A DNA stretch of 64,000 nucleotides from a virus: the IMG/VR virus record IMGVR_UViG_3300033153_007754, positions 64,001-128,000 of that record, one strand, 5' to 3'. The translations under genes and the position numbers were made by a program. This document shows positions 50,347 to 62,800 of the stretch, piece after piece. Under the pieces are notes generated by a model, which saw only the letters and a list, made by a program, of their open reading frames with translations, was not told where the DNA came from and made no database searches. How positions within the stretch are numbered: the first letter of the stretch is position 1; the number at the start of each line of letters is the position of its first letter.

Positions 50347-51783
50347 TTATTTTCTAATATACTGATTCATACCACTTAATGTAATTGTTTTTTTAACTTC
50401 TTTTTTGGGTTCAGCACTAATACTATTATCAATACCACCTAATTCATTATCATTTCTATCTAAAGACACTGTTTGTCTTATATAATCCACATGTGGATAA
50501 AAGAGTACTTCATTTTCATGACCCATTCTATTTTTTAATAGTTTCATACCAAGTCTTCTTAGTTTCACTAATTCACCATTTTTAAAGCCACCAATAATAA
50601 CATCTGCATGGTCATTAATTGCTTTGGAATCACCAATTTCATCAAGAGATATGTCAACTGGGTTGGCTCTATTACCGGCTCTTGTTGTTTGTGCACCAGA
50701 AAATATTATTGCATCCCTATCAATTCCAATTCCACGTAATACAGCAGCTATTCCACCAATTCTTTCATATGAATTATCACCGAAAGTTGCTTTCATAATT
50801 CCTAAATAATCTATTGCAATTAAATCAGGCTTAAAACCTTTTTTAACATATAATTGTTCTAAATAAGCTTCTAATTTATATGTTGTTAGGGAAAATGGTG
50901 TAAACTGTCTTAATACTAGTCTTTCATTCGTTTTGTATTGTGTACGTACCCTATCCCTTAAATCCTTGTATGATTGTTTATCCATTTTTTTTATTTCAGC
51001 TTCAGGTACACCACTTAAAGACCAATCAAATCTAGCAGCAATTTTATTAACTGGTATTTCTAAACTAACATATAATACTTTTAATTCAGGATTACTTTTT
51101 AACATTGCAGCAGCTTCAGATATCATAACCATCGTTTTCCCTACATGTGTTCGCATCATAAAAATATTTAATGTTCCCTTTTCGTATCCACCTTGCGTTT
51201 TAGAATTTACCCAATCAATACCAGATGGATATTTATGTCCAGATTGTGTATAATAATCATACATCTCTTCCCAATTTGAATGATATTCAGTACCTAACTC
51301 TAAATTAAAATTAATTTTAGCAACTTCTTTAAATAATTCATTGATTTTAAAAACAGCATCATGAGCATTTTCTAATTTAAAATCAATTTTTTTATACAAC
51401 TTACTTGCTGTTAGCATTGCGTCGTGTGTTGCTGAAACAGTTACAAATTTTTCAATCAAATGCAATACAAACTTTTCAGTTCCACTCAAAATACCTATTC
51501 TTTCATTTTTAATTTGTTCAATTAATTTATCAATATTTGCAACACTAATTGCACCATTATGTATTAATATGTTACTTAATTGTTCAAAATTTGGAAGTGA
51601 TTCATAATCCTTATAAAAGTTATTAATTGCATCCCAAACCAATGATATGTTTTTAGTTTCATTCTTCACATAGCTAAGTTTTACGTTATCATATAACATT
51701 CGATACATTGTTTCACCCTTTTCAGGTGTATCCAATATGTATTTAATCAATTTGCTATAAGATAATACAGAATCTTGTATCAT
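50347..51783 (-). CDS. Replicative helicase, gp41/DnaB-like
   Basis: VGKT, YVSLE, IDYLGI, AQTTR, LKNR. Confidence 0.93.
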   Translation of the reverse strand: MIQDSVLSYSKLIKYILDTPEKGETMYRMLYDNVKLSYVKNETKNISLVWDAINNFYKDYESLPNFEQLSNILIHNGAISVANIDKLIEQIKNERIGILSGTEKFVLHLIEKFVTVSATHDAMLTASKLYKKIDFKLENAHDAVFKINELFKEVAKINFNLELGTEYHSNWEEMYDYYTQSGHKYPSGIDWVNSKTQGGYEKGTLNIFMMRTHVGKTMVMISEAAAMLKSNPELKVLYVSLEIPVNKIAARFDWSLSGVPEAEIKKMDKQSYKDLRDRVRTQYKTNERLVLRQFTPFSLTTYKLEAYLEQLYVKKGFKPDLIAIDYLGIMKATFGDNSYERIGGIAAVLRGIGIDRDAIIFSGAQTTRAGNRANPVDISLDEIGDSKAINDHADVIIGGFKNGELVKLRRLGMKLLKNRMGHENEVLFYPHVDYIRQTVSLDRNDNELGGIDNSISAEPKKEVKKTITLSGMNQYIRK

Positions 51784-51847
51784 TTAACCCACTTTAAAAA
51801 AGTTATAATGATATATATAGCATTTCAATAATATTTAAGAAAGAATA

Positions 51848-51869
51848 AAAAAGGGGGCTTACACCCCCT
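51848..51869 (-). terminator. Terminator after the capsid gene
   Basis: AGGGGG/CCCCCT stem plus U tract. Confidence 0.75.
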
Positions 51870-51898
51870 ATATTAAATTATAAATTTAATTGTTTAAC

Positions 51899-53365
51899 TT
51901 AAGACTTTGTAGCCATAAATCCGATATCAGCTAATACCAACTTTCTATAGTAATTTTCAGCACCATAAAGGTCTGTTGCAATACCATATCTACTAGATAA
52001 AAGTTTCTTTCTACGGAAATCATTTTCACCGATTGCAGACTCAACCTCGATTGGACGGTAAGGGCAAAAGATAATTCCGTTATCCCTTTCTGTCATTCCT
52101 TTATAACCAATTAATGCACTTAACGCATCACGTTGATTATCATTAAAAATATTGAATTTTCCACCTAAAGTACCAATAAAACCTTCACCTGTTGGACTAA
52201 CTTGTGCGGCTGGCTTGAAGTTCGGCATTGCTTGTATAAAGGTAGAAAATGTAGAACCACCAACAATCCAATTCGCTTCACCCTTTCTGTTACTTTTATT
52301 TATCATTTTAGCTTGATTCAATAATTCAATCCAAATGGTTTGTAACTTGGTCATTTCAGACACATGATGCGACATTTGTGTATCAACTTGAATTGTGTAA
52401 GTACCATTCAATATAGCTTTGGCTTCAATTTCAGCCAAAATTTCACCATCAGTTTCTCTTGCAAGTAAATAAGCACCATTTGTTAAAATATCATCTTCAA
52501 TATCAAATCCATGTGAGGATAACATATCTTGTCTAGCATACTTAGAAAATTCTGCTGTTAACTCTCTTGCTTTCGCAGTAACAGTTTGTGAAACGGTTTT
52601 AAATCCCATTCTATTTCTTTTTACAACATTATCTTCCCAATATGTTTCACTTTGTGGACCTGTATAATTCTTAAAATAGGTATAAGCGATATCATCATTA
52701 TTTAAACCTAAAGTAAAGGCATAAGTAGTACCACCTTGTGTAATTTCTACATCAGTTACAGAATCATTAATATCAGCTTTTAAAGCGGCCAAAGTTGTTG
52801 ACGCAAAATCTGTTATCTTAAATAATACTCTATTACCTTCAAGATGTACTTTTAAAACCTTAACACCTTCAGAGGCAGTTGTACCACTACTACCATCATC
52901 TGTTGCAATAGTATAAACACTATTCACCAAATCATCAGTACCATCATCACCTTCACTATCCATAACAACAATTAACGAAGTTCCTTGGTCAACAATTTTA
53001 CTATTAGTTCCACCAATATCTGTATCAAGAGAACCTTGAAGGTGGTATCTTAAAGCATATTGTTCACCAGTATTGGCGCTCATTGGAACAACACCAACCA
53101 GTTGTGTACTAAATAATTGAGGAACCATTCTTGTTACAAGTGGTAAAATAATTGGCGAGTGAAGAGCTGTGCTTCCGTGGCCAACAAATGCTTGCGGGTC
53201 TTCTTTCATCATCTGCTTTGTGTTTTCCACAAGAGCGTTTGTAATCCATTGCGTACGTCTATCTGTTATACCATTCTTAGCTAACAAACCGTTTACTCTT
53301 GCTTCGTCAAACTTACCCATTACTGCGAATAATTCATTCTCAGTTAATCTTTTTTTTGTTTGCAT
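51899..53365 (-). CDS. Major capsid protein, gp23-like
   Basis: LVGVVPM, VTAKAREL, HGFD.E, RKGEANWI, GYKG, GIIFCPY, SRYG; TATAAATA at 53406-53413. Confidence 0.95.
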   Translation of the reverse strand: MQTKKRLTENELFAVMGKFDEARVNGLLAKNGITDRRTQWITNALVENTKQMMKEDPQAFVGHGSTALHSPIILPLVTRMVPQLFSTQLVGVVPMSANTGEQYALRYHLQGSLDTDIGGTNSKIVDQGTSLIVVMDSEGDDGTDDLVNSVYTIATDDGSSGTTASEGVKVLKVHLEGNRVLFKITDFASTTLAALKADINDSVTDVEITQGGTTYAFTLGLNNDDIAYTYFKNYTGPQSETYWEDNVVKRNRMGFKTVSQTVTAKARELTAEFSKYARQDMLSSHGFDIEDDILTNGAYLLARETDGEILAEIEAKAILNGTYTIQVDTQMSHHVSEMTKLQTIWIELLNQAKMINKSNRKGEANWIVGGSTFSTFIQAMPNFKPAAQVSPTGEGFIGTLGGKFNIFNDNQRDALSALIGYKGMTERDNGIIFCPYRPIEVESAIGENDFRRKKLLSSRYGIATDLYGAENYYRKLVLADIGFMATKS

Positions 53366-53417
53366 GTTACACTCCTTTAAAATGTTTTAGCGCATTCTTT
53401 AAATCTATTTATATATG

Positions 53418-54488
53418 TTAATACATGTCGTAATAATCATCTAAATAAGCAAGTACATTATCAACCTGTGTGGCTGGAACTAAATCAATTTGATTAGCTT
53501 CACTGGTTAACTCAACTTTACTTGTTTGTTTTGTTTCAGGTACTTCTTCAATTTTCTTTTCTTCCAAATCTTCACACATAAACCCAAAGTCCCACTCATG
53601 TCCATAGTCAACATTTTTACTGTTATCTAAAGAATTTAAATAACTCTCTTTACCATCTTCCATGAAACTATTTTTAACAAGACCAACCTCAGGGTTTAAC
53701 ACGGAATTAATTTCTTCATTAGTGTTTGTATTCATAAATGTTTGGGGTGTAACTAATGGGGCATTTCCTTGTACAACCGCTTCTTTAAATACATCACCAT
53801 TTTCTGGAACACTCCAAAAATCCTGACTAAGCATTTTATTTTCTTTTTTCTTTTCATTGTTTTCTATTGATACATTGCGATTTTTTGTAACCAAACCACC
53901 TTCGATTTTACTTTCTAATTGATTAATTACTTCTTCAACAATTGGTATACTTAAAATGTTTTTTATAGTCTCTTCATCATCAACAAGTTTAGATTTCAGT
54001 GTTTTATACGTAATGATTTTTTCATCATCACCCTTTACTTCACTAATATCTTCATTTAAAAACTTATGGAATAAATCAATACTATCACCTCGTGTGGTTT
54101 CGGGTTTTAATTCTTTAACTTTTTTTATAAATTTAAAATAATTTTCAGAGATACCCTTGACTCCCATTTCTTTCTGTATTTCCTCACCAAAACGTACTTT
54201 ATCCGACATACTACCCCTTTTAGTTCTATCAAGAACTTTTTCATTTTTTTTGATTTTTATACTTTTAACTTTCACATTACCATTTGTTTTAACTGTAACT
54301 GTTGGTTTTGTTGTTATATCATTTTTAACAATATCAGTAACACCCTTAACAGCATCTTTAACTAAATTAGTTCCACCATTATTTTTTTCCGGTTTTCTAA
54401 TCTTCATGCTTAAATCGTTTAGGTTTTTTTCGGATACATTTATATTATATTTTCCGAACAGGTTTTTTATATTTGCTTTTAGACCCAT
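53418..54488 (-). CDS. Hypothetical protein, possible head scaffold
   Basis: Immediately upstream of the capsid gene; acidic C-terminus. Confidence 0.4.
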   Translation of the reverse strand: MGLKANIKNLFGKYNINVSEKNLNDLSMKIRKPEKNNGGTNLVKDAVKGVTDIVKNDITTKPTVTVKTNGNVKVKSIKIKKNEKVLDRTKRGSMSDKVRFGEEIQKEMGVKGISENYFKFIKKVKELKPETTRGDSIDLFHKFLNEDISEVKGDDEKIITYKTLKSKLVDDEETIKNILSIPIVEEVINQLESKIEGGLVTKNRNVSIENNEKKKENKMLSQDFWSVPENGDVFKEAVVQGNAPLVTPQTFMNTNTNEEINSVLNPEVGLVKNSFMEDGKESYLNSLDNSKNVDYGHEWDFGFMCEDLEEKKIEEVPETKQTSKVELTSEANQIDLVPATQVDNVLAYLDDYYDMY

Positions 54489-54552
54489 ATTTGCATCCCT
54501 TTTATAAATATAATTTATTTATGTTTTTTTTTAAAAGTGTTTTTTTTGATAT

Positions 54553-55257
54553 CTATCGATTGTATATTTCTTCTATTTTTTCAGATAAAACACCTGATTT
54601 AAGTTCTTTTTTGTGATTTTCTAATTCATTTAGTTCATTTTCTGAAAAGAATTGCAATTTAAATTCATCATCACTTGTTACTATAAAATCTGATTCAATA
54701 ATACCTTCTTTGATTAATTCAATTAAATCTTTAATACTTGCACCATTATCAAAATTTTCTTTAAATAAATTTAATGAAACATTATCAAATTCTTTTAAAT
54801 CCTTTATTACATTTTCTTGAACTAATGTATTTAAGTCACTTATTTCATTAACCATGTTTTCTGGTAATGTAATCATATTCAGTTCTTTGATGTTTTCACC
54901 TAATTTTCTTTTAGTTATAGCGGCTTTTCTTTTTGCTGAACTTGTTTGTTTAGGCTTTTTTTTATTTTTCATTCTCAAACTTCTTTTTTTATCCGCTGCT
55001 TTTTGTGCCGCTGTTTTCTTTACTTTTCTAACCCGCCCATTTTCATCAACTTCGATTCGATAATTAGGGTCATCGCCTAACTTTTTTTTCATGGCTCTAT
55101 ATTTTAATGCAACTGTTTTACCATGTTTAGCTAATATACTGGCAATACTCTCATTTAAAACATCAAACCCATCCTTTTTACTTTCTTCTAAAACCTCTTT
55201 TTTCTTTTTAATTATACCTAAAATCTTATTAAAACTTTCATTAATATTTTCCCTCAT
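54553..55257 (-). CDS. Prohead core protein (weakly gp68-like)
   Basis: Basic K/R/A stretch flanked by acidic regions. Confidence 0.4.
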   Translation of the reverse strand: MRENINESFNKILGIIKKKKEVLEESKKDGFDVLNESIASILAKHGKTVALKYRAMKKKLGDDPNYRIEVDENGRVRKVKKTAAQKAADKKRSLRMKNKKKPKQTSSAKRKAAITKRKLGENIKELNMITLPENMVNEISDLNTLVQENVIKDLKEFDNVSLNLFKENFDNGASIKDLIELIKEGIIESDFIVTSDDEFKLQFFSENELNELENHKKELKSGVLSEKIEEIYNR

Positions 55258-55268
55258 AGTTCACCTTC

Positions 55269-55925
55269 CTAACGCTTAAAAGGGTTATTGTCATCATTAT
55301 AAAATTCGTTCATATCACTTTCAATATCTGTCAATGTTTCTGTTTCATTAATTGCATTTATATTATCATTTTCAGTTCTAAATTCTGTTTTTTCACCAGA
55401 ATATTTATATTGTTTAGATTTCAGTTTATATAGGTAATTTTTACCACCCGAATAAAAAGAATTATCAACTTCATCATCAACAAATATAATTTTAAAAATC
55501 TTAGTTGATGGTGTATGTATTATTAAATCACCAATTATTGGTCGTCTACCTAATACCCTCTCTATAGTATTAATGTCAATTAAAAATGTAACTTCATCAT
55601 CAATTGTAACACCACCTAAATTAAAAAAATCACCACTCCCATCAAAGCTGTTATTATTTTCCATTAACATTCTAATTTTAAAAACATCTTTATATACTTT
55701 TTTCTTTAATTCACCCAGTACAAAATTTATATCTATATTGTTAATATCTAATTTTATAAACTCAACATCAACACCAAATAATGATATATATTCAGCACTT
55801 TGTATTTCATTTAAATTTTGTAATTCTAATGTATCATTATTAAATTTCATGTAAATATTTGCATTAACATCTTCTATGTTGTTAGCCGTGTTATTACCGT
55901 TTAATAAATCTTCTATAAAAGCCAT
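55269..55925 (-). CDS. Neck protein, gp14-like
   Basis: E.I.LFG.DV, FDGSGDFF..GG..IDDE, P.IGDLI, YSGE. Confidence 0.88.
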   Translation of the reverse strand: MAFIEDLLNGNNTANNIEDVNANIYMKFNNDTLELQNLNEIQSAEYISLFGVDVEFIKLDINNIDINFVLGELKKKVYKDVFKIRMLMENNNSFDGSGDFFNLGGVTIDDEVTFLIDINTIERVLGRRPIIGDLIIHTPSTKIFKIIFVDDEVDNSFYSGGKNYLYKLKSKQYKYSGEKTEFRTENDNINAINETETLTDIESDMNEFYNDDNNPFKR

Positions 55926-55926
55926 T

Positions 55927-56595
55927 TTAAAACCTTAATTCATGTATGTTAATTTTCAATTCTTTTAGTAGTTTATCAACATCTTTTTTAAATTTCTTAG
56001 GGAAATATAATAGTGATGAATTGGCAATATCTACATACATAATATTACTACCTTTATTCCCAATATTAAATGTTACAGTTTTATTCTCTATAGATGTTGT
56101 TGCTATTTTAATATCACCATTCCGTAATAGTTTCAAAATATTTTTTAAGGATTCCCTTGAAATATCTTCCAATTTTGGCAAATATCTATATTCAATTTTC
56201 ATTTCCTTTGAGTCATTTAATAAGTCTAAGCCATCATTCTCAAATCTTGTCAAGAAAAAGGTAAGTGAATCAAAATAGTTTTGAGTTGAACCGATACGAT
56301 TCTTTTCATTTCTTAACTCGTATTCTTCTGTTATATCATCATTAGAATAAACTAGATATATAACACCATCATCATCAGTAATAAATGAAACATAATTAAA
56401 ATTTTCCTTAATATTATATGCACCATCAGGATTAATAAACATATCAAATAATAGGTTTTCTGTTTCTAAATCTTCAATTATTTTCAAAATAATATTTTTA
56501 ATTTTAGGTGTACTATATTTTTCTAAAATTTCATCTTCTGAATACAGTAAACCTCTTTCTAATACTTGCAAAAATGTATTTAATTCCATGTTCAT
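55927..56595 (-). CDS. Hypothetical protein
   Basis: ORF. Confidence 0.5.
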   Translation of the reverse strand: MNMELNTFLQVLERGLLYSEDEILEKYSTPKIKNIILKIIEDLETENLLFDMFINPDGAYNIKENFNYVSFITDDDGVIYLVYSNDDITEEYELRNEKNRIGSTQNYFDSLTFFLTRFENDGLDLLNDSKEMKIEYRYLPKLEDISRESLKNILKLLRNGDIKIATTSIENKTVTFNIGNKGSNIMYVDIANSSLLYFPKKFKKDVDKLLKELKINIHELRF

Positions 56596-56602
56596 CCTAT
56601 AT

Positions 56603-56628
56603 AAAAAAACAGGGGTTATATAACCCCT
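56603..56628 (-). terminator. Terminator after the sheath gene
   Basis: AGGGGTTA/TAACCCCT stem plus U tract. Confidence 0.7.
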
Positions 56629-56645
56629 ATCTTAAATATTAAAAA

Positions 56646-59126
56646 TTATAATAATGATTTATTCTTAGCTCTTGCAAAAATACGTTCAATTGCTGTTTTA
56701 TGGTCAATACCATAATCAAGATATAAGTCAGTTGCACCTTCAGTATTGTTAGTTAAATCACACACAACAATAAAAGCATCAATTCCCCTGTTATCTAATT
56801 CATTTTGTAAATATTTAGATACAATTCTTTGTAACTTATCCCTTGTTGGTGCATCATTATCTTCAGCAACAAAAGAATCAACCATTTCATCAATGTAATA
56901 CATACATTCATTATGCTTAAATCGTACGTTAACACGGTTTAATGAGCTTTCTGTGTTTAACCCTGTTTTATTACCTACCTTGACGATACCAGTGTTTTTC
57001 TTGAATATCAATGGATTCACACGTCTTAAATATAACTCATTTGCATCGTCTTTACCAGGTACCCACTCAACCGATTTATAACGACTCGCAACACCTCTAT
57101 TTTTACCAAACACACCTTTTTGTCTTCCATAAACATCCATTGCCTGAATGTCATTTTTTATCATCACAACATTGGATGGAATCCTAATATCTTTATCCCC
57201 ATATTTGTTACTTATATTAAAAAATGTTGGCAAAGTTTCATATGCGTGTCTTGTACTAGAAATACCCCAACCACCAGCATCAAACCATGTTTCAAATGCT
57301 CCAATTATATCAGCATTTAATTGTAAAGAATAAGGTAAATTAAATTTACCAAATGTATCTAATTGTGAATCTATAACAGAAGTATTAACACCTTCATTAA
57401 TGATAGCTAAATCAGCAGCGCTATATGTTCCATTTCCCGTTAAAACAAGTGGACAGGTATATTCTTCCAAACCAAATTGTTTATATGCAGTTAGAACATC
57501 ATTTGCGACAATTGTACCATCAGCACCATTTTCTAATGTAACATCAATATCCAAATGGTTAACCACTTCATCAGGCAAGTTCACAAATATACTAATCAAT
57601 TTAGATTGTGCAATTAACTTATCTTCAATATAGTATCTATTACCATTATCATCCCTTGCCGTAACATCTGTATTAACTGTAACAATAAACTTTTCTGATA
57701 CACTACCATTTGCAACTAAAATTAATAATTCATGGTCTGCGAAAGTTCTGAAATTAACAAGTTTTTTTAATGTTATAGAACCTTCAATTGCATCTTTACC
57801 ATGTATTTGGACTGTTGTTGTATTTCCCCAAATACCTGGTGTTTTAGCAAAAATGATTATATCTTGTAGATTAATATTGCTTTTTAAATTTGTTTCAAAA
57901 GTACTATCGAATGCATCATAAATTTGTTCAGCAGTTCCATAAACATTGTTTACAGATTGATAAGTAATTGGTCTTGAAATAGTTGCATTTACAATATCTT
58001 GATAATAAAACACAGTATCAAATTGTTCAAAGACATCACCAGAATCATATCTTGCTATAATACTACTATTTACACTTATAACGGGTTTCCCTGTTTCACT
58101 TTCTACATACAAAGTAACAACACCATTATCAATTGTATGTGATATATAATTACAACTTATTTTTGTTGTTATATCAACACCAACAGCAGAAGCAGGCGCA
58201 CTAAAAAAATCACTAACAACATCCGTTCCAGCCGAAGGCGCTTCGATTTCAATACCTGAAACAGTACTGATTTTATCTGAGGATAATACTAAAAAATTGT
58301 TTGAATCAACACTTGCGATATCAACACCAACAGTAGTATTAATTGCACTAATTAAAGATGCTGTATCAGTAACAGTAGATAAATCAATGTCACCATCAAA
58401 ATCAGTTCCATTTAATACTATACCAATAGCATCTCCACCAACACCAGTAAATAAAGAAGCATCTACATCACCTGTTATAATAGCTCTGGAATCACCATCT
58501 TCATCAATATATAATTTATCGTCACTATCTACACTTAAGGAAGCGCCATAAAATTTAAATTTAGAAGTGTTTAGTGGATTATTTGTCACATGGCTTTCAA
58601 CCACATATGGAATCATACCACCATTTGTAACTTCTAAATTAGAAACACCATCAGTAATTGTAATATCAGTTAAATTCTTTACAAAAACTTTTACAGAATC
58701 AACATCATATTCTTCAACTTTAACAAGTGTTACAGCATTGCCATCTATAGCATAAGTAGTAGTACTTAACATGTTAGATAAAACAGTATTAGAAACTATT
58801 AATTCAAAAACAAATGATGGCAAACTATTTGTTATATTTTTCAATGCTGTTTTGGTTGTACCATCATTAAAGGCTCGGGAAACACTAACAATCGAATCCT
58901 GAGACATATAATCAACCACATGCCAATCTTGTATTACATTAGATTTATCACCATCACCAAAAACAGAAGTAAAATTACTATTACTAACATCAATTGGTCG
59001 ACCGATAAAACCTTTTTCAAACGCCCCAGAAAAACCAACTTTTTCGTCTATCACTACCGCAGATGGTGTACTTTCGTCAGGTACTTCTGAAGAATAAACC
59101 CCAGCAATATTTAATACTTTTGCCAT
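56646..59126 (-). CDS. Tail sheath protein, gp18-like
   Basis: AGVYSSE, AKTPGIWGN, NRG, LY..RVNP, GNKT, RVNVR, VVCDLTNNT. Confidence 0.93.
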   Translation of the reverse strand: MAKVLNIAGVYSSEVPDESTPSAVVIDEKVGFSGAFEKGFIGRPIDVSNSNFTSVFGDGDKSNVIQDWHVVDYMSQDSIVSVSRAFNDGTTKTALKNITNSLPSFVFELIVSNTVLSNMLSTTTYAIDGNAVTLVKVEEYDVDSVKVFVKNLTDITITDGVSNLEVTNGGMIPYVVESHVTNNPLNTSKFKFYGASLSVDSDDKLYIDEDGDSRAIITGDVDASLFTGVGGDAIGIVLNGTDFDGDIDLSTVTDTASLISAINTTVGVDIASVDSNNFLVLSSDKISTVSGIEIEAPSAGTDVVSDFFSAPASAVGVDITTKISCNYISHTIDNGVVTLYVESETGKPVISVNSSIIARYDSGDVFEQFDTVFYYQDIVNATISRPITYQSVNNVYGTAEQIYDAFDSTFETNLKSNINLQDIIIFAKTPGIWGNTTTVQIHGKDAIEGSITLKKLVNFRTFADHELLILVANGSVSEKFIVTVNTDVTARDDNGNRYYIEDKLIAQSKLISIFVNLPDEVVNHLDIDVTLENGADGTIVANDVLTAYKQFGLEEYTCPLVLTGNGTYSAADLAIINEGVNTSVIDSQLDTFGKFNLPYSLQLNADIIGAFETWFDAGGWGISSTRHAYETLPTFFNISNKYGDKDIRIPSNVVMIKNDIQAMDVYGRQKGVFGKNRGVASRYKSVEWVPGKDDANELYLRRVNPLIFKKNTGIVKVGNKTGLNTESSLNRVNVRFKHNECMYYIDEMVDSFVAEDNDAPTRDKLQRIVSKYLQNELDNRGIDAFIVVCDLTNNTEGATDLYLDYGIDHKTAIERIFARAKNKSLL

Positions 59127-59139
59127 ATCTATTTACCTC

Positions 59140-59769
59140 TTATTCAAATTCATTGTTAAAGTTATCTTTACTTATATCAGACAATTTTCCAAAATAGCTA
59201 TTTATGGAATCCAACACATCTGTTAAACCAACTAATGGTATATATTTTTGTTTAGAATATAAAAAAGTTACAGTATATTCCGATACTGATTCTGTATCTT
59301 CACTATTATTTTCAATTTCACTAATTTCTTGTATAAAACAATCTTTTAATAACCATCCATAAACAGGGTTACTCTTAGTATCTCGTTGTACTAATTTTAT
59401 ATCAGCCGTCTTACCATCAAGAATTAAATCACCATTGTCATCAAAATAACTGTTCGATTCCATCCATGCTTGAAAGAATGGTTTTAAAATATGTTTCGGG
59501 TCATTGGATACTGTAATAGTGAAAGGGGAAACTTCCATACTACCAGACAAATGAACTGTATGTCCTTTCCATTTAAATGTTGTAACATTCATAGACGTGG
59601 ATGGCTGATTCATGCTTTTAACTAATGTCATAGCACGAGTTAGCGAGTCTGTTGGTAATTCAATACCTAAAGCACTAGATAACCCTAAAATTTCACCAAT
59701 CGAAATTTCATATTGGCCAGCCCGAAGCCCCTGTGATAAAATATTTTTATAATCTCTTGCTTTACTCAT
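59140..59769 (-). CDS. Tail tube protein, gp19-like
   Basis: G.RAGQY, FTITVSND, F.AW, EYTVTF.Y. Confidence 0.85.
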   Translation of the reverse strand: MSKARDYKNILSQGLRAGQYEISIGEILGLSSALGIELPTDSLTRAMTLVKSMNQPSTSMNVTTFKWKGHTVHLSGSMEVSPFTITVSNDPKHILKPFFQAWMESNSYFDDNGDLILDGKTADIKLVQRDTKSNPVYGWLLKDCFIQEISEIENNSEDTESVSEYTVTFLYSKQKYIPLVGLTDVLDSINSYFGKLSDISKDNFNNEFE

Positions 59770-59806
59770 TTATTTAACTCCTTTTTTACTTTCTATAACA
59801 TATTTA

Positions 59807-62800
59807 TTATTTGAATTTTTCTACTGTATCAATCACAACATTGTAATCAGTTCGATTTAAAGTATTTTCATCAGGATTTATATATTTAAAATCAAACTTT
59901 CTTTTAACAAGGTAATTTCCTTTATCAGTTTCTTTCTTACCATTATTCAAATAAAAATAAAACATTTGTTCAATCATTCTAATAAATTTATCACGTTTAC
60001 CAATACCCAAATCTTCAATTTCACTTAATTCAGCTCCATATACAAATTCTAAAATTGGCTCCATATATGAAAGTACTTTATGTAATGGTAATTTATTAGC
60101 TTTTAATATAGTTTTTTCATCATTCACAAACATAGTAAAAGATAGGTTGTATAAGTTAGCGTCTGTTTTCTTTGCACGTTTAAGAAGCATATTTACACTT
60201 AAAACATTTTCACCACTAATTGGTTCAAAATTATCATAATCACCTTCATTTGCCATAAAATTCAAACTATAAGTTTTATTAATTTCGGTAACAGGATAAT
60301 CGTATTGACTTATTGTTCCATCCCTTGAATCAAAAACAAAAGGGAATCCTTTCCCAGTTTTACTTTTCCCATCTCTCCATGTACCATTCAAATCAGATAA
60401 ATCACCAATTAATGTAACTATATCACTTTTATTTGTGATTTTATTTTTAACACCTTTTACCTCATCAAGTATACCATCAATAATAAAATCAGTTCCTTCT
60501 TCACCCATAGAAACGACTATTTTACTTTCTATATCAGTCACTAAATTTTCTGTTGGTGAAAATGTACTATTTCGGATATAAGGACCGATTTCGTCATAAA
60601 AGTTTTCATCCTTTTTATACCAATATTTTAATGCATTAAATATTGCAATTTTTGTTGCACCTTTATAGAGCCCTGTAATTAAACTTGAAAAACGGTAATC
60701 TCTCTTCAATGCACCTTCATGTTCAACAACAGAGTTGTTATGTCGTACAATATTATCAATAAGCATTTTAAGGAATTTCTCAAAAAACAAAGTACCTTCT
60801 TTTTGTGAAATAACGCTATTTTTAATTAAATCTTTTCTTATTCTTTGGAAGTCAAAAACATGTAAAAAATTATTATCACTTCTTATTGCTAAATCGTGTT
60901 TCTTAATGAATTTGTCGGCAAGCTTATTATTACCTGAAAATATACCATAAGATTCATCAAATGCATCTGCAGGGTGGTATTTATCTACAGTATCCATGAA
61001 GCTTGCATCAAATATTTCCACACCTTTATCATCAGATATACTGCCTAATAATATCATTATAATCTCTTGCTTTTCGTCAACATCAAAGTATAAATCACTA
61101 ACTTCAATTATCATTTCAGCAAAATTAGAATCAATTAAACCTGCGTTTTTCCCCATTAAAACATATTTTGCTACATGAGGTTGGGATACTACAAAGTTAC
61201 GCAAACCATTCGATAACATCTTATTACGATATTGGGATGTAAACCCAACTTTTTTATCAAGTTTATCAAAGCCATATTTTCGACCTGTTTTAATAACATC
61301 ATCATAACGTAAATCAATAAATGGGTATAAACCAATACCAAATAACGCACCCATATCATTACTATTTTCGTATGCAAATTCTATATATTCCTTATAATTC
61401 TTTTCTGTTATATTTGGTAGAACATGTTTAGTTAAGAAATCACCAAATCCAATGTGACTAAAAGCAGCAAGATATGTTTTAAAATCATTAGATTTCTTCC
61501 TGAAAAATTTAAGATATGGGTATACATCATCACTCAATCTGGTGCTATCAGAAATCCTATCAAATAAATCACCTGTTTCACTATTTATCTTTCTAAAATA
61601 TTTTTTGAATTTACTAAATACATGCATATCATTCCAATCCATTATTGACGAATTTTTATGAAAAAACATTTCAGCAATATTGGTTGCTTGTACAATAGTT
61701 CTCAAATCTACTAACCCATTTTTCACACCATTTAATAAGATATTAGCAAGTGATATATGTGTATCACCAAACCACCCTTTATCGTTTGCCTTATCAACAA
61801 ACTTCTTGGCATTTGGTAATACATGGTAATCACCCCATTCTTGAATGCCATACGTAACTAAACGATTTAAAACAACAGCCAACTGGTTGATGTCTTTCAT
61901 TAATAATTCCTTTATCTCTTCTACTTTCCTAACTTCATCGTCAAATGGGTTTTCAAACATTTGTATAAGATACCCAAAACTATATGTATCCAGAAGATGA
62001 CCTTTGTTATCAACACTCTTTAATTCAACGTCATCAGCCTTTTCAGGTGTATCCAATGGTGTTGATGGTGTTGGTATTGTTGCCGGTGATGGTGCTTTGA
62101 TTTCAGGCTCAGAAGGTTGGGTTACTGTTACAGGTTCAATAGGTTTAACCGGTGTTTCAAGTTCTTTGGCAATATCTTCTTCTGGTTCTACGATTCTAGG
62201 TGTTTTATCTACTAAATACCAAGCCTTCCTTTTACCACCCCATCTAAAACCAAAAGATTTGATTTTATTCTTATGTTTATAAGTGTCACCAGAAACCCAC
62301 ATCCAAGTTCCATCCAATTTTATTTCCAACCCATCTAAATTCTTTAATCCTTTATATGCTTCCCATTGTTTTTGGCTTAATTCATCTGTATTTAAACCAC
62401 TTGCATCAATATTTGCATCTGGAACATCTGTTATCACAACTTCTTCAGTATCCTCAATTGGTGCTTCAACTTTCCAATTTTCAATATCACTTTTAAATAA
62501 AGAATTGTATATATTTGCATCTGGAAAAGAATCTTTTAATAATTTTTTTTGTGCTTTTAGTGTATTAAAAAACAAATCTGAATAAGTAATATCTCTATAA
62601 AACTTATCAATATTACTATCACCAATATTTTCCATGTGTATTTGTAAAAACTTACCAACATTTTCCACATTTTCAGGCGTCACAGAAACATCACTTAAAG
62701 ATAACATAGCAAAATAATCATATACTTCATCTTGTGTTAAATAATCATTCAAATTTGTATATAATACATTTAATTCTGTCTCTGGTAATTTACCTCCCAT